A stretch of DNA of 63,991 bases, filler included, from Malassezia furfur (GCA_052055015.1; 4 parts of 4 records of this genome joined end to end with filler, not necessarily neighbours in it); one strand, 5' to 3'; counted from the first letter of the whole stretch, positions 34,472 through 46,431 are shown. The notes: a model not told the origin generated them from the letters alone. Numbers and translations: made by a program.

Positions 34472-36398
34472 GCTGCAGCGGTGTATCGCGCACCCACACG
34501 TACGACGCGTCGCGCGACTCGCCGTGGGCGGGGCGCGCGCCCGCGGCGCTCTGCTGCCGCACGCCTTGCAGCAGCGCAAGCTGCGCCTCGTCCTCGAAGC
34601 CGAGCGTCGCGAGCGCCTCGCGCAGCTTGGCGAGGCGCGCAGCCCCCGGGTCGGTCGGCGTCGGCGCCGGGCCGCCCATCCACGGCGTGCGGTGCGTCAG
34701 CTGCCGCACGAGCTGCTGCATCTCGCCGTAGTGGCCCGCGACGGAGGCAAGCAGCATACGCGCAAGCGCGCGGCGGATGCGCCCGTTGGGTTTAAGGCGT
34801 ACGTGCGCTGCATCCTCGAGGACGGCGCGGGCGTACGCTGCGTCCTGCAGCGCGCCGGCACACGCGAGCAGTGCCGCGGTGATGATCGAGCCGCGCTCGA
34901 CGGCTGCCGCCGGCAGCGCGGCGATGGACGCCGTCAGGTCCGATGCATCGGCGGCCGCCTCGGTCGGAAGCGGCGTGCCGACGACACGCGCGGCAAACGC
35001 GGCGCCGGCCTGCGGCGTACCGGCCGCGACGCATGCACGCACCACGCCCGCAGCCGCGTGCTGCAGCGCTGCATGGTCTGCGCTGCGCCCCGCGACCGGC
35101 TGCCGTTCTTCGACGACGGCGCGCGGCGTCGCATCGGGCGCGGCACGCAGCGCCGCGGAAAACAGTGCGAGTGCCCACGCAGGCATCGCCCTGTGTCCGC
35201 ACCACGTCGCGGCGCGCGCGAGCGTCGCGGCAGACGCGGGTACGGCGCGTGCGGCGAGTGCGGCGCACACGTTGGGCGGCAGATGCACCGGTGCGCCGTG
35301 CGCCGGCGTACCGGGCGGCACGACCCCAAACAGCGCGAGGAGCGAGGGTATGTGGTCGCTGTGGGTGTCGTGGGCGCGCCGGACGAGCGCGTCAAAGAGT
35401 GCGCGGGGGGACGACTGGGCGTCGCTGGGGAGTTGCGCAAGGAGCGGTCGTAGTGGTGGATAGGCGTACGCCAGGCTCAGGTACGTCGTGCACGCGAGCG
35501 GGTACGTTTCAGGGAGCGCCTGCAGCGCGCGCACGAGCTGGGATGCGTCGCGGCGCACCGCCGCGTGGTATGCGTGCAGCTCGTGCGTGTAGGCCGGCAC
35601 CTGGGACTGCGCCTGCGCTGCTGCGTCGTAGTCGGCGTCGCGTCCGAGCGCGTCGAGCGCCAGGAGACGTGCGTGGTGCAGGGCCTCGTCGTGTGCGGCT
35701 GCATGGTGCTGTGCCGCGATGTGCAGCACCTGCAGCACGCGCTCCGGCTCGCCAGCCTGCCCGAGACGCTGTGCCATGCGTCGAAAGTGGACATGGTCGA
35801 CGGCGCCGACGTGCAGGTGGGCATAGGTGAGCAGCTTGCATGCGAGCGCAAACGCGGTGTCGGTATGTACGGCAACGAGGGCCTCGGCAGCGATACCAAG
35901 GATCGCTGCAGCGTCGGCGTTCGCGGTGGGGGTGCGAAGGAAGGAGGTATACGCGAGCGCCAGCGCGGCTTGCACGGCAGCAAGAGCGGTGTCGGGTGGG
36001 GGGTCGTGCTCCAGCACGTCACGCAGCATCGCGAGTACGCGTGCAGCATCTTTTGTACAGGCGGACGACGTCGCGAGCGCCGCGGCATGCGCCGCGACGG
36101 ACGGGTCGTCGCTCACATACGCCCAGCTGTGTTGCATCGCCTGCCGCTCGCTCGGTGGCAGGCGCCAGACAGGCTCAGCAGCTGGCGCAGCGTGCGGTGC
36201 ACATGTGCTGTGTATGGACGCCACGAGCCATGCAGGCGGGCGCGGCACAAAGCATGTAGCGGGCCGCGTACTCGGGCGCGCCGCCGGCACTACGCACCGC
36301 GGCGCCGACGGCCGCGACGGGCCGGCATAGGAACGCGGAAGGGCGCGCCAGGACGCGTGCAGGCCCGCGTACCGCGGGACCTGCCGCGGATGTGGCAT
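34472..36398 (-). CDS. Ala-rich helical-repeat protein with a mitochondrial presequence-like N-terminus (possibly PPR-like); 3' partial
   Basis: Long ORF with an Arg/Ser/Ala-rich leader and degenerate PPR-like segments (IITAALLACAGALQDAAYARAVLEDAAHVRLKPN). Confidence 0.5.
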
Positions 36399-36545
36399 GA
36401 AACGTATCTAGGCGCGCCAGCAGCCAAGCCGCATCGATTGCGGACGCTGCACACACTCGTCCGCGTCCGCAAGAAGGCGGCTGAGAAACCGGCGCGCGCT
36501 GGTGCATCGGCTGACTAAGCGATTGCAGAAGCTGGCAAAGGGGGG

Positions 36546-37500
36546 CTATGGGAGGGAGCGTGCCGGCACTGCGCGCGTCTTGCGCTCGTAGCGCTTGGCA
36601 AACACGCCCTTGCTCAAGCGCACGACACTCGGCTTGGTCGCAGTCACGATGCGCGACGGCGACACCTGCCCGTGCCGCGTGCGGATCGGCTGCGCGACCT
36701 CGGCGCGCTCGCCGACACGTGCCGCCTGCTCCGGCGAGAGCTGGCCAGCGTACAGACGCTGGCCCGCCTTGGGCCGCGTGAGGATGCGCCCACGGCTCGG
36801 GCGCGAGAGCTCCATGGAGTCCCAGCGCTTGGCGTCGTCGCGCCAGCGGCCCTCGACGTTCTCAGTAGCATGCAGCTGCTCGAGGTACTGCGCGGCCTTT
36901 TGGGCCAGCTCGGTACGCGCGGTTTCGCCACGGTAGCGCACCAGCTTGGAAATGTTGCGGCGCGTCAGCGGCGCGAACCGCTCGTCGCGCTCCAGCGGCA
37001 CGTTCGGCTGCGCGGCCAGCAGTGTGTGCAGCTCTGCAAGGCTCACGTTGCGCTGTGCGCGGCGCAGCATGATATCCGTCTCGCGTGCCATCGCGCGCGC
37101 CGTCATGTCGAGCTTGACGTCCGTCGGGTTGTCGACGAGCTCGAGGATCGCGCGCGGCGCATGGTCACCCTTGCGGTGGCCCATGAGGTGGATGCGCGTG
37201 TAACCGCCAGGGCGCTCTGCATACCGCTGCGCCATCGCAGCGAGGCGCGGCATCGACTCGCCTGTCGCAAACAGGTATGACTGTGCGCTCGACAGCGCCG
37301 TCGGCGTGCCCCGCTTGCCAAGCGTGATGATTTTTTCCGCCTGGCGCGCGGCTTCCTTCGCCTTGGCGACGGTCGTGACGATGCGCTCGTGCGCGAGCAG
37401 CGACGTCACAAGGTTTCGGAGTAGATGGTTCCGATGCGACGCTGCCGTTAGTCGTCCACGTACACGAGCGATTCAGCTTGCGGAACGCGAGGCCCTTCAT
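36546..37500 (-). CDS. MRPL8: Mitochondrial ribosomal protein bL17m; intron 37442-37463
   Basis: FRKLNRS|SSHRNHLLRNLVTSLLAHERIVTTVAKAKE...RYAERPGGYTRI...DHAPRAILELVD. Confidence 0.92.
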
Positions 37501-37608
37501 CACGTCGTCGTGCCAACCGCCGTGCGCGCACTTCTTCGCAACTCGGCCGAAAATTGTCGGCGGCCCGGCCGCAGTGCGGCGGGCGTCTCTCTTACCCAAC
37601 CCACCGAG

Positions 37609-38074
37609 ATGCTCTCGACGTCGCTCAAGATGATTCCCCGCACGCTGCGTGCCGCCCCTGCGATCGCCCGCGCGGCGCCGACGATGCGTATGCAGGTCGC
37701 GCGTGCCCCTTCCGCGTTCCCCGGCCTGGCGCGCACCTACGCGTCTGGCGGCGGTCTGTCCACGGACGAGATCAAGACGCGCATTGTGGACGTCCTCAAG
37801 AGCTTCGAGAAGGTCGACCCTGCGCAGGTGACCGACAGTGCGTCGTTCACCGGTGACCTCGGCCTGGACAGCCTGGACGCCGTTGAGGTGGTCATGGCGA
37901 TCGAGGAGGAGTTCAACATCGTACGTCCCAACCACCGCCGTTTTTGGCTAACCGCAGGAAATCCCCGACGCCGAGGCGGACAACATCACCACCGTCCAGC
38001 AGGCGATCGACTACATCCAGCACACTCCGGACGGTACGTTGGCCTCGCATACTCACACCGGTGCAGCGGTATAA
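37609..38074 (+). CDS. ACP1: Mitochondrial acyl carrier protein; introns 37921-37957, 38034-38066
   Basis: Presequence, DLGLDSLDAVEVVMAIEEEFNI|EIPDAEADNITTVQQAIDYI; the last coding exon is 8 nt. Confidence 0.93.
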
Positions 38075-38228
38075 AGCATTCGCCATTCGCGCATGCATAT
38101 GAGATAGCTTCGCTAGGTGCAAGGTCGAATCTCTATGTACGGCAGCCGCGCCGTGGTGCGCACGGACGACCATGATTAGGGGAGGGAGGTGTCGGCCCGT
38201 GCGTGTGCGTGTAGGCAGTGCACGCGCC

Positions 38229-40303
38229 TCACCAGGGCTCGCCCTTGGCGGCCGCATCCAACTTGAGCGCGGCCATCGCTGCCGGTGCATCGTCGTCGAT
38301 GTCCACATTGTTTTGCTCGTTTCCCCAATCCACGGCACCGAACCGACTCTCGAGACTGCTGCCTGAGCCCTCGTAGGTGCCGCTGTAGCTGAATCCCCGG
38401 AACTTCTCCTGGACACTCCGGGACAGAGGCTCGTCGGCGTCGTCGGGCGTGCGGTCCGCATTCGGCTTTTTGATCGCAACGCTCTTGGGGTTCGAATCCG
38501 GCGAGATCTGCTTGGTCGAAGACGAGTTGGTCGAGCCGCTGCCCGAGCTTGACGCAGCGGCCCCGTCAAGGTCCACGTCATCGACAAAGTCGGCGACCTG
38601 CGCGAGGCTCGTGTTGGTAAACTCGGGATCAAAGTTGGCCACACTCTCGTCCGACTCGACCAGCGGCTTGAACACAGGCGGGATCTGCTTGCGGAGCAGT
38701 GCGTCCCAGTCAATGTCCTTGAAGAAGGGATGCTCCTTGAGGTCCTGCGCGTCATTCTGCGCGCCGAGTCGGTGCTTGGGGTTCCGGTTGAGCAGCCCCT
38801 TGACAAACTGCTTGCCGTCATCGCCGATCGCGCCTCGTGGGAACTTGATCTTGCCAAAGCAAATGTTGCGGTACATTTGCTGCGTGTCTTCCGCATAGAA
38901 CGGCGACCACCCACAGCACATCTCGAACAGCAGCACACCCAAGCTCCAAAAGTCGACCAGCTTACTGTATCCCGTCTCGTCGAGCAGGATCTCGGGCGCG
39001 AGGTACTCGGTCGTGCCACAGAACGTGTTGGTCAGCTGCCCTGCACCGAGGTCCGCCTTGCTCAACCCAAAGTCGCACAGTGCCACGTGGCCCGTCGCGT
39101 CGAGCAAAATGTTTTCCGGCTTGAGGTCGCGGTAGACGATGTTGTACTTGTGCAGGTGCTCGAGCGCAAGGATCAGCTCGGCAATGTAGAAGCGTGCGCG
39201 CGCCTCGGTGAAGCGGCCCTCGCGCTGCAGGTGCCAGAACAGTTCGCCACCCGACTTGTAGTCGGTCACGAAAAACAGCTCCGTCTCCGACTGGAAGCTG
39301 AACTTGAGGCCCACCAGGAAGGGGCAGTCGAGGCTCTTTTCCAGAATCTTGCGCTCGCCCATAGTGTGGTTGACCTCTTTTTTGAGCGCGATCTCGCGCT
39401 TGGACAGGACCTTCATCGCATAGATACGCTTCGTGTCGCGCTTGCGCACCTGAAACACGCGCCCAAACGTCCCGCGACCGATCAGCTTGAGGAACTCAAA
39501 GTCGCGCGCGGTCAGCTTGCGCGGCGCGAGTCGCTCATACGAGATCTGTAGTCGGATCTCGCCACGCGCCTGACGATCGCCGTTTGCACCGTCGTCGTCG
39601 TCGCGTGCATAGAGCGTATACCACTGGTTCGTCGAGGAGCGGTGCACGAGGCGCGGCGTGAGCTCGCGCGTGCCGATCAGCTCCTCTTTGCTGCCCACCC
39701 GGTCGTATACAGAGATGTAGAGCAGCTGGTTGCTCGACGTCACGTCGAACGTCACCTCGTGCTGCCACACAGGATTAGCGCACTTGCCCGCACCATCCAC
39801 GGTGCTGTCCTCGGCATCGTATTCCTCGCCGATAAACTCGTTCTTGTCAAACTGCACCACGACGTAGGGACGCGAGTGCTCCTTGGATGCAACGTCCAGG
39901 TGCCGCCCCTCGATGACACGCACCCGCAGACACCCGACAGGCGCGCCGCCGGCTGTGCGGCTGTCCTGCGAGTCGGAGCGCACTTTGGTTTTGGGTGGCG
40001 GAAGCTTCATCGTGAAATCGGGCGCCGTACGCGTCACCGAGGTGGTGGGGACGCCGACCAAGGACGCCGGCATATGGTTGGGGTTGTAGCCGGGCGTGAG
40101 TAGCCCACTCGACGTCGAGGCACTCCGCTCGCCCGCTGTCCCTGGATCTCTGTGCTGTGTTGTATGATCGTGCAGCGAGTCAAATGGGTTGCGCTCCATG
40201 CCGGCCGGCTGCGCCTTAGGCGTCGCCTGAGGTTAGCGGGGCACAGCCTCACGGCGCGACGTACCTGGTCGTAGGGACCGCTGAAAAACCCCTGCACCGC
40301 CAT
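38229..40303 (-). CDS. SCH9: AGC kinase Sch9 (C2 + kinase); intron 40227-40264
   Basis: C2 domain, LIGRGTFGRV, KSGGELFWHLQREGRF, TNTFCGTTEYLAPE and hydrophobic motif FRGFSY. Confidence 0.93.
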
Positions 40304-40550
40304 GATATATGCTGTACGCTCCGTACACAACTACCCACGGGTACACGAGCAATACACTCTCGCAACGAACCACACTCGTGGCGTCACTCTTTCCACCCGC
40401 GGACGCAAAGCGGTGTATGCGGACGTATCCCCGAAATTTGCCCACGTGAGGGTAATTCAGTCCATGTGGAGGTGCATATCGGCGGGCGCCGCCCCGCAGC
40501 TGGGGAACGCAGTGGGTGGACGCCCGCGGCATTTTGCACGTGGCTACGTT

Positions 40551-43149
40551 CTATGATTGCGCCCGTGCAGGCGGCATCCATACAGCACGCGCCTTGGCGC
40601 GCTCGGCGGCGTGGGCGTCGAGCGTCGCACGCTCGGCAAACGCGTCCGCACGCGGCCACTTTGTGCGCGCCGCCTCGATCAACGCTGCGGCGCTGCATGC
40701 GGCCGGCAGCGAAGTATGCTTCTCGAGGTGCTGCAGGAATGCGAGTGCTTCTTCAAGCGCGCTGAGCGGCGCGGCGTCGGTGCCGCGCACCAGCGCATAC
40801 GCCTGCTCGGCCGCCTCAGGCGCACGTTCCGCGCCGTACGCCTCCCACAGGCCCCGTGCGGCACCCAGGCGGTGCTGCGCAGAGAGCGATCCATAGCGCT
40901 GTACGTACTCGGTCTGGATCGCATCGATCGGTGCGGTGAGCTGCGGCAGGTCGCGAGACAGTTCCTCGACGGCCTTTGCAGCAGCGTCAGGCAGCGTGGC
41001 CACCTCCGTGGCGCGGCGGAAACGCAGCAGCGCCACGTGCAGCCGCGGGTCCGCTGGGTCGATGTCGTGCGCCTGCACGAGTGCACGCAGTGCCAGCAGC
41101 CACTTTTGCTCGCGCACGGCCACCTCGAGTGCGCCGAGCCACGTCTCGATTGCATGCGGCGCCGACTCCTGAAGCTTGCGCACAAAGCGGTGCGCGTCAG
41201 CCAGCGGCTGGCTCGTCGCGAGCAGCGCTGCGCCGTAGGGGTCGGCGTCCTTGGCGGGCGGCATTTCGTCCTCGTTTGCCTTTTCGAGCGCCTTGGCGGC
41301 GGCAGCCTGCAGCTCGGCACGGGCCGCCGCCTTGCTGGCCACCAGCTCGGCGCGGCGCTGCGCGGTCTTGGCCGCTGCGTCGTCCTGCGCCTGCTGCTCG
41401 TCGTGCAGCTGGCTATAGAGGCGGATGGCGCTGTACGCCGCGCGCACATACGTCGGGCGTGCGTACAGGTTGTCCTCAAAGTGCACCGTCGACACATAAG
41501 CACGCAGGGTCATCTTGCGCAGGCAGTACGAATGGAAGTCAAGCTGGTCGTCGTAGATCTCGGCGAGGATCTTGTCGATCTGGTGGTAGCGCTTGAGCGC
41601 GAGCGCATCGTCGCCGACGCGCTGCTGTGCTGCAGCATCCTCCAGCAGAAAGCCGACCGCCTGCATGTCGACCAAGTCCGACATCGGGTCCGGCACGTCC
41701 GGCTTGGTGAACAGCTTCAGCACGGCGGCCGTCTCGTCCACGCGGTTGGCACGCAAGAGGTATTTGGCCGCCTTGGTGTTCAGGTAGCGGTCCTGCCCAT
41801 CGAGCAGCCGCGCGTCCTCCATGGCGTCGCTCGCGGCCTGGTAGGCACCCGCGCGCTTCAGCACGCGAGCGCGCGTCATGTGCAGCTCGGGCATAGTGGG
41901 CGTGTGCACAAGAATGGAGTCGATGTACGCCAGCGCCCGCTCGTGCTCACCAATGTACGAGTAGTGGTGCGCGAGGAAGTACATGGCCCACAGGTACGAC
42001 GACGGCGGCTCGGCCACGGGCGTCTCCTGCGTCGGGTCCCACGCGGCACGTAGTTCCTCGACAATGTCTTCGATGGCCGCCTTCTTGGCCTCGTCGGTGT
42101 AGAGCGACTTGACGTCGGAAAAGAGCGACGGGACACCCTTGACGAGGGCGCGCTCGAGGTAGTTGCGAGCGTGCTCCGCAAACACACTGGGCGTCTGTGC
42201 AACCTCGAGCGCGACGCGGCGCACCGCCGTCGACCGAGGGTAGCGCTCGGCGAGCTCAGAGAGCTTGGCAAGCACCGTTGCCTCGCGCTCCGTATCGGCA
42301 GCGTTGGCCGAGAGCAGCGCAAGCAGCGAGCGCAGCGTCTTGGTATTGTCCGGGTTGCGCTCGAACAGCTTGTACAGCAGCTCCTCGGCGTCCTTCGTAC
42401 GCTTCAACTGCGTGAACGCGTCGATGCGCAGCTCGTCGATGGCTGGCAGGTCGAACAGGCAGGCACGCTTCGCGTCGAGCAGGTCAAGTACGCCCTGGGC
42501 GTCGCCGAGCTGGCTCAGGAGGCTCGCATGGTACAGCACCACCTCGGAGAACTCGTAGTTGTGCTTGGGGACGTCATGCGTCACGTCCTCGTACGCGGCC
42601 AACACACGCGCGGCCTGGGCCTTGTTGTCGGCCAAGTCGTGAGCGATCGCGAGGGCGACCCAGTTGACGCGCAGGTGCGGCTGCGCGCGCAGCAGGATGA
42701 GGCGCGCCTCGATGAGCGGCGCATAGTTACGTAGCTGCAGCTGCATGTACGCCGACTCGCGCACGAGGTTGATGTTGCCCTGCGGTCAGCACAAGCCAAG
42801 GGAGGCTGCGACGTACACTTTCAATGCGCAGCGCTTGGGCGTAGCACTTGAGCGACTCTTCGTAGTTACGGTCCATGCGGTGGATGATACCGAGTGCGTG
42901 CCAGCAAATGAAGCTCATAAGGTTGAGGCGCAGGCCCTGCTTGGCGAGACGCAGGCCCTCCTCGCGCTGGTGGATCGAGGCGAGGACTAGGCCCTTGAGA
43001 GCGAGCGTCTCGCCATGGTCCGGGCGGGTCTTGAGGATCGCATCTGCGGTCTTGATTCCCGACTTGTACTGCCGTGTTTCGTACTCCTGGATGAGCTTGG
43101 CGAACAGAGCGCGCTCCTTGGTCGAGAGCTGCACCACCTTGGGCGGCAT
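40551..43149 (-). CDS. NAT1: NatA auxiliary subunit Nat1/NAA15; intron 42780-42816
   Basis: YETRQYKSGIKTADAIL..PDHGETLALKGL, SFICWHALGI, KGVPSLF, HTPT and DQLDFHSYCLRKMTLRAY. Confidence 0.95.
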
Positions 43150-43578
43150 GGTCGCGAGACGCGAAGATCGGTCATCACGTGATGCTACCCTCAAGGAGCG
43201 GGGGGTTCGTGCGGGTCGGGGTAAGGTTGGGAACGATCCTCTACGAGACTATGGTTGCTCGGCGCGGAGCACGCACCGCGGTGCGCGCGGGTGTGCAGTG
43301 CGCTGGGATGCGGCGGTAGCGGAGTGGTTTAGTCAGCGTCTGACACGTGGTCCAGAGAGAGGGCTGCGTGGCCTGCGCGGTTTGCGTAGCCTGCGTGACG
43401 TACCGGCCGAGAGGGGGAGTGAGGCAGGAAAAAAAAGAAGGATGGAATTTGCCGCCCCGTTTTCCTCTGCACCAAACCACCGTTGGACTGGCGTTGCGCG
43501 TACTAGCGCACCCTTGCCACACGACCTACCCATTTCCCATTTCCCTCAGGTTTTGCTCGTGTGAGATAATTATCCAAT

Positions 43579-46107
43579 ATGGTGAACTTCACCGTTGATG
43601 AGATTCGCGGTCTTATGGACAAGCCGACCAACATCCGTAACATGTCGGTCATTGCCCACGTCGACCACGGCAAGTCGACGCTGACCGACTCGCTGGTGTC
43701 CAAGGCTGGTATCATTGCGCACGCCAAGGCCGGTGACATGCGCTTCATGGACACCCGTGATGACGAGAAGGAGCGTGGTATCACGATCAAGTCGACTGCC
43801 ATCTCGATGTACTTCCCCATGGCCAAGGAGGAGCTGGCGGCGATCAAGCAGCCGACGAACGGCAACGAGTTCCTGATCAACCTGATCGACTCGCCCGGTC
43901 ACGTCGACTTCTCGTCGGAGGTCACTGCTGCGCTGCGTGTGACCGACGGTGCGCTGGTCGTTGTCGACTGTATCGAGGGTGTGTGTGTGCAGACCGAGAC
44001 GGTGCTCCGCCAGTCGCTCGGTGAGCGCATCAAGCCCGTGGTCTGCCTGAACAAGGTCGACCGTGCTCTGCTTGAGCTGCAGGTCGACAAGGAGGACCTG
44101 TACCAGTCGTTCCAGCGCACGATCGAGTCGGTGAACGTGGTGATCGCCACCTACAACGACCCGGTCCTCGGTGAGTCGCAGGTGTACCCCGAGAAGGGTA
44201 CCGTTGCCTTCGCCTCGGGTCTGCACGGCTGGGCGTTCACGCTGCGCCAGTTCGCTGCCCGCTACGCCAAGAAGTTCGGTGTGGACAAGGAGAAGATGAT
44301 GGTCAAGCTGTGGGGTGACAACTTCTTCAACCCCAAGACCAAGAAGTGGACGAACAAGGAGACGGACGCTGACGGCAACCGCCTCGAGCGCGCCTTCAAC
44401 ATGTTCGTGCTCGACCCCATCTACCGCATCTTCGACTCGATCATGAACTTCAAGAAGGAGGAGACCAAGAAGCTCCTCGAGAAGCTCGAGATCGCCCTCA
44501 CCCAGGACGAGCAGGACCTCGAGGGCAAGCCGCTGCTCAAGGTGGTCATGCGCAAGTTCCTGCCCGCCGGTGACGCGCTCCTGGAGATGGTTGTGATCAA
44601 CCTCCCCTCGCCGGTGACTGCCCAGCGCTACCGTGTCGAGACGCTCTACGAGGGTCCTCTCGACGACGAGAACGCCATTGGTATCCGTGACTGTGACCCC
44701 AACGGTCCGCTCATGCTCTACGTGTCGAAGATGGTGCCCACTTCGGACAAGGGCCGCTTCTACGCCTTCGGCCGTATCTTCTCGGGTACGATCCGCTCGG
44801 GCCCCAAGATCCGCATCCAGGGCCCCAACTACACGCCCGGCAAGAAGGAGGACCTGTTCGTCAAGTCGATCCAGCGCACGGTGCTCATGATGGGCCGCTA
44901 CATCGAGCCGATCGAGGACTGCCCGGCGGGCAACATCCTGGGTCTGGTCGGTGTCGACCAGTTCCTGCTCAAGAGCGGTACGCTGACCTCGTCCGAGACG
45001 GCGCACAACATGCGCGTCATGAAGTTCAGCGTGTCGCCCGTCGTGCAGGTCGCCGTCGAGGTGAAGAACGCCAACGACCTGCCCAAGCTGGTCGAGGGTC
45101 TCAAGCGTCTGTCCAAGTCGGACCCGTGTGTGCAGTCGTGGATTGCCGAGTCGGGTGAGCACATTGTCGCCGGTGCCGGTGAGCTCCACCTCGAGATCTG
45201 CCTGAACGACCTGCAGAACGACCACGCCGGTGTGCCGCTCAAGATCTCGGACCCCGTCGTGGGTTACCGCGAGACGGTCCAGGCCGAGTCGAGCATGACT
45301 GCGCTCTCCAAGTCGCAGAACAAGCACAACCGTCTCTACGTCACTGCGCAGCCCATCGACGAGGAGCTCAGCAAGGAGATCGAGGCCGGCAAGGTCAACC
45401 CGCGCGACGACTTCAAGATCCGTGCGCGCTACCTCGCCGACAACTACGGCTGGGACGTTACCGACGCGCGCAAGATTTGGTGCTTCGGTCCCGAGACGAC
45501 CGGCCCCAACCTGCTCGTCGATGTCACCAAGGGTGTGCAGTACCTCAACGAAATCAAGGACTCGTGTGTCGCTGCCTTCCAGTGGGCCACGAAGGAGGGT
45601 GTCTGCGCCGAGGAGCCGGTGCGTGGTGTGCGCTACAACATTCTCGATGTGACGCTCCACACCGACGCCATCCACCGTGGTGGTGGCCAGATCATCCCGA
45701 CGTGCCGCCGCGTCTGCAACGCCGCTGCGCTGCTCGCCTCGCCCGGTCTGCAGGAGCCCATGTACCAGGTCGAGATCCAGTGCCCCGACTCGGGTCTCGG
45801 TGGTATCTACTCGACGCTCAACAAGCGTCGTGGTCAGGTGTTCTCGGAGGAGCCCCGTATCGGTACTCCGATGGTCACCGTCAAGGCGTACCTGCCCGTT
45901 AGCGAGTCGTTCGGCTTCAACGGTGACCTGCGTCAGGCCACCGGTGGCCAGGCCTTCCCCCAGAGTGTGTTCGACCACTGGGCGCTCATGAACGGTATCG
46001 CGAGCGACAAGACCAGCAAGCTCTACGAGCTGGTCAAGTCGATCCGTATCCGCAAGGGTCTCAAGGAGGACGTGCCGGACCTGAGTGTGTACTACGACAA
46101 GCTCTAA
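43579..46107 (+). CDS. EFT2: Translation elongation factor 2
   Basis: [25 protein letters not shown], diphthamide loop [16 protein letters not shown], ends YYDKL; intronless CDS. Confidence 0.99.
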   Translation: MVNFTVDEIRGLMDKPTNIRNMSVIAHVDHGKSTLTDSLVSKAGIIAHAKAGDMRFMDTRDDEKERGITIKSTAISMYFPMAKEELAAIKQPTNGNEFLINLIDSPGHVDFSSEVTAALRVTDGALVVVDCIEGVCVQTETVLRQSLGERIKPVVCLNKVDRALLELQVDKEDLYQSFQRTIESVNVVIATYNDPVLGESQVYPEKGTVAFASGLHGWAFTLRQFAARYAKKFGVDKEKMMVKLWGDNFFNPKTKKWTNKETDADGNRLERAFNMFVLDPIYRIFDSIMNFKKEETKKLLEKLEIALTQDEQDLEGKPLLKVVMRKFLPAGDALLEMVVINLPSPVTAQRYRVETLYEGPLDDENAIGIRDCDPNGPLMLYVSKMVPTSDKGRFYAFGRIFSGTIRSGPKIRIQGPNYTPGKKEDLFVKSIQRTVLMMGRYIEPIEDCPAGNILGLVGVDQFLLKSGTLTSSETAHNMRVMKFSVSPVVQVAVEVKNANDLPKLVEGLKRLSKSDPCVQSWIAESGEHIVAGAGELHLEICLNDLQNDHAGVPLKISDPVVGYRETVQAESSMTALSKSQNKHNRLYVTAQPIDEELSKEIEAGKVNPRDDFKIRARYLADNYGWDVTDARKIWCFGPETTGPNLLVDVTKGVQYLNEIKDSCVAAFQWATKEGVCAEEPVRGVRYNILDVTLHTDAIHRGGGQIIPTCRRVCNAAALLASPGLQEPMYQVEIQCPDSGLGGIYSTLNKRRGQVFSEEPRIGTPMVTVKAYLPVSESFGFNGDLRQATGGQAFPQSVFDHWALMNGIASDKTSKLYELVKSIRIRKGLKEDVPDLSVYYDKL

Positions 46108-46132
46108 GTAGCTCGGACGATAGGAAAATTCG

Positions 46133-46331
46133 CGTGCTTCAGGAAAGAGTGTGTGGTGAGGTGCGCCGTACAGGTCGTGCAGGCGAATCCCTTGCCCGTA
46201 TGGTTCGTAGGCCAGAGTGGGCGCCGCTATGCGTGGGCGGAAACCAGCGCGCGAAGCTAAGCACTCTGCCGTGCCAGGAACATCGACGCATCCTTCGCAC
46301 CAAGCCGCCCCCCTTCGTCGTCATACACACG
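46133..46331 (-). ncRNA. Candidate snoRNA-like structured RNA (unassigned)
   Basis: Minus strand has C-like ATGACGA (46318-46324), D box CTGA (46139-46142), a 5-bp terminal stem and an internal CAGAGTG/CACTCTG stem, all inside an unusually long convergent spacer. Confidence 0.3.
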
Positions 46332-46431
46332 GCACACCTATCGTACGGCCGGCCGGCACCATCGCCGGCCCACACTCTATCCCTCTATGACATCGCGCGG
46401 TGCTGCGCAGCTCGTGGCGCCTGGTCTCCAC

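Noticed and set aside
38488..38500. GGTTCGAATCC tRNA T-loop/B-box-like motif
   Set aside because: It lies inside the SCH9 CDS and I could not build a cloverleaf around it.
43570..45978. 802-aa antisense ORF to EFT2 (similar long antisense ORFs oppose GUT2, SKI3, APL4 and the MFS gene)
   Set aside because: Expected from strong GC3 codon bias, which removes TTA/CTA/TCA codons; no recognisable domains.
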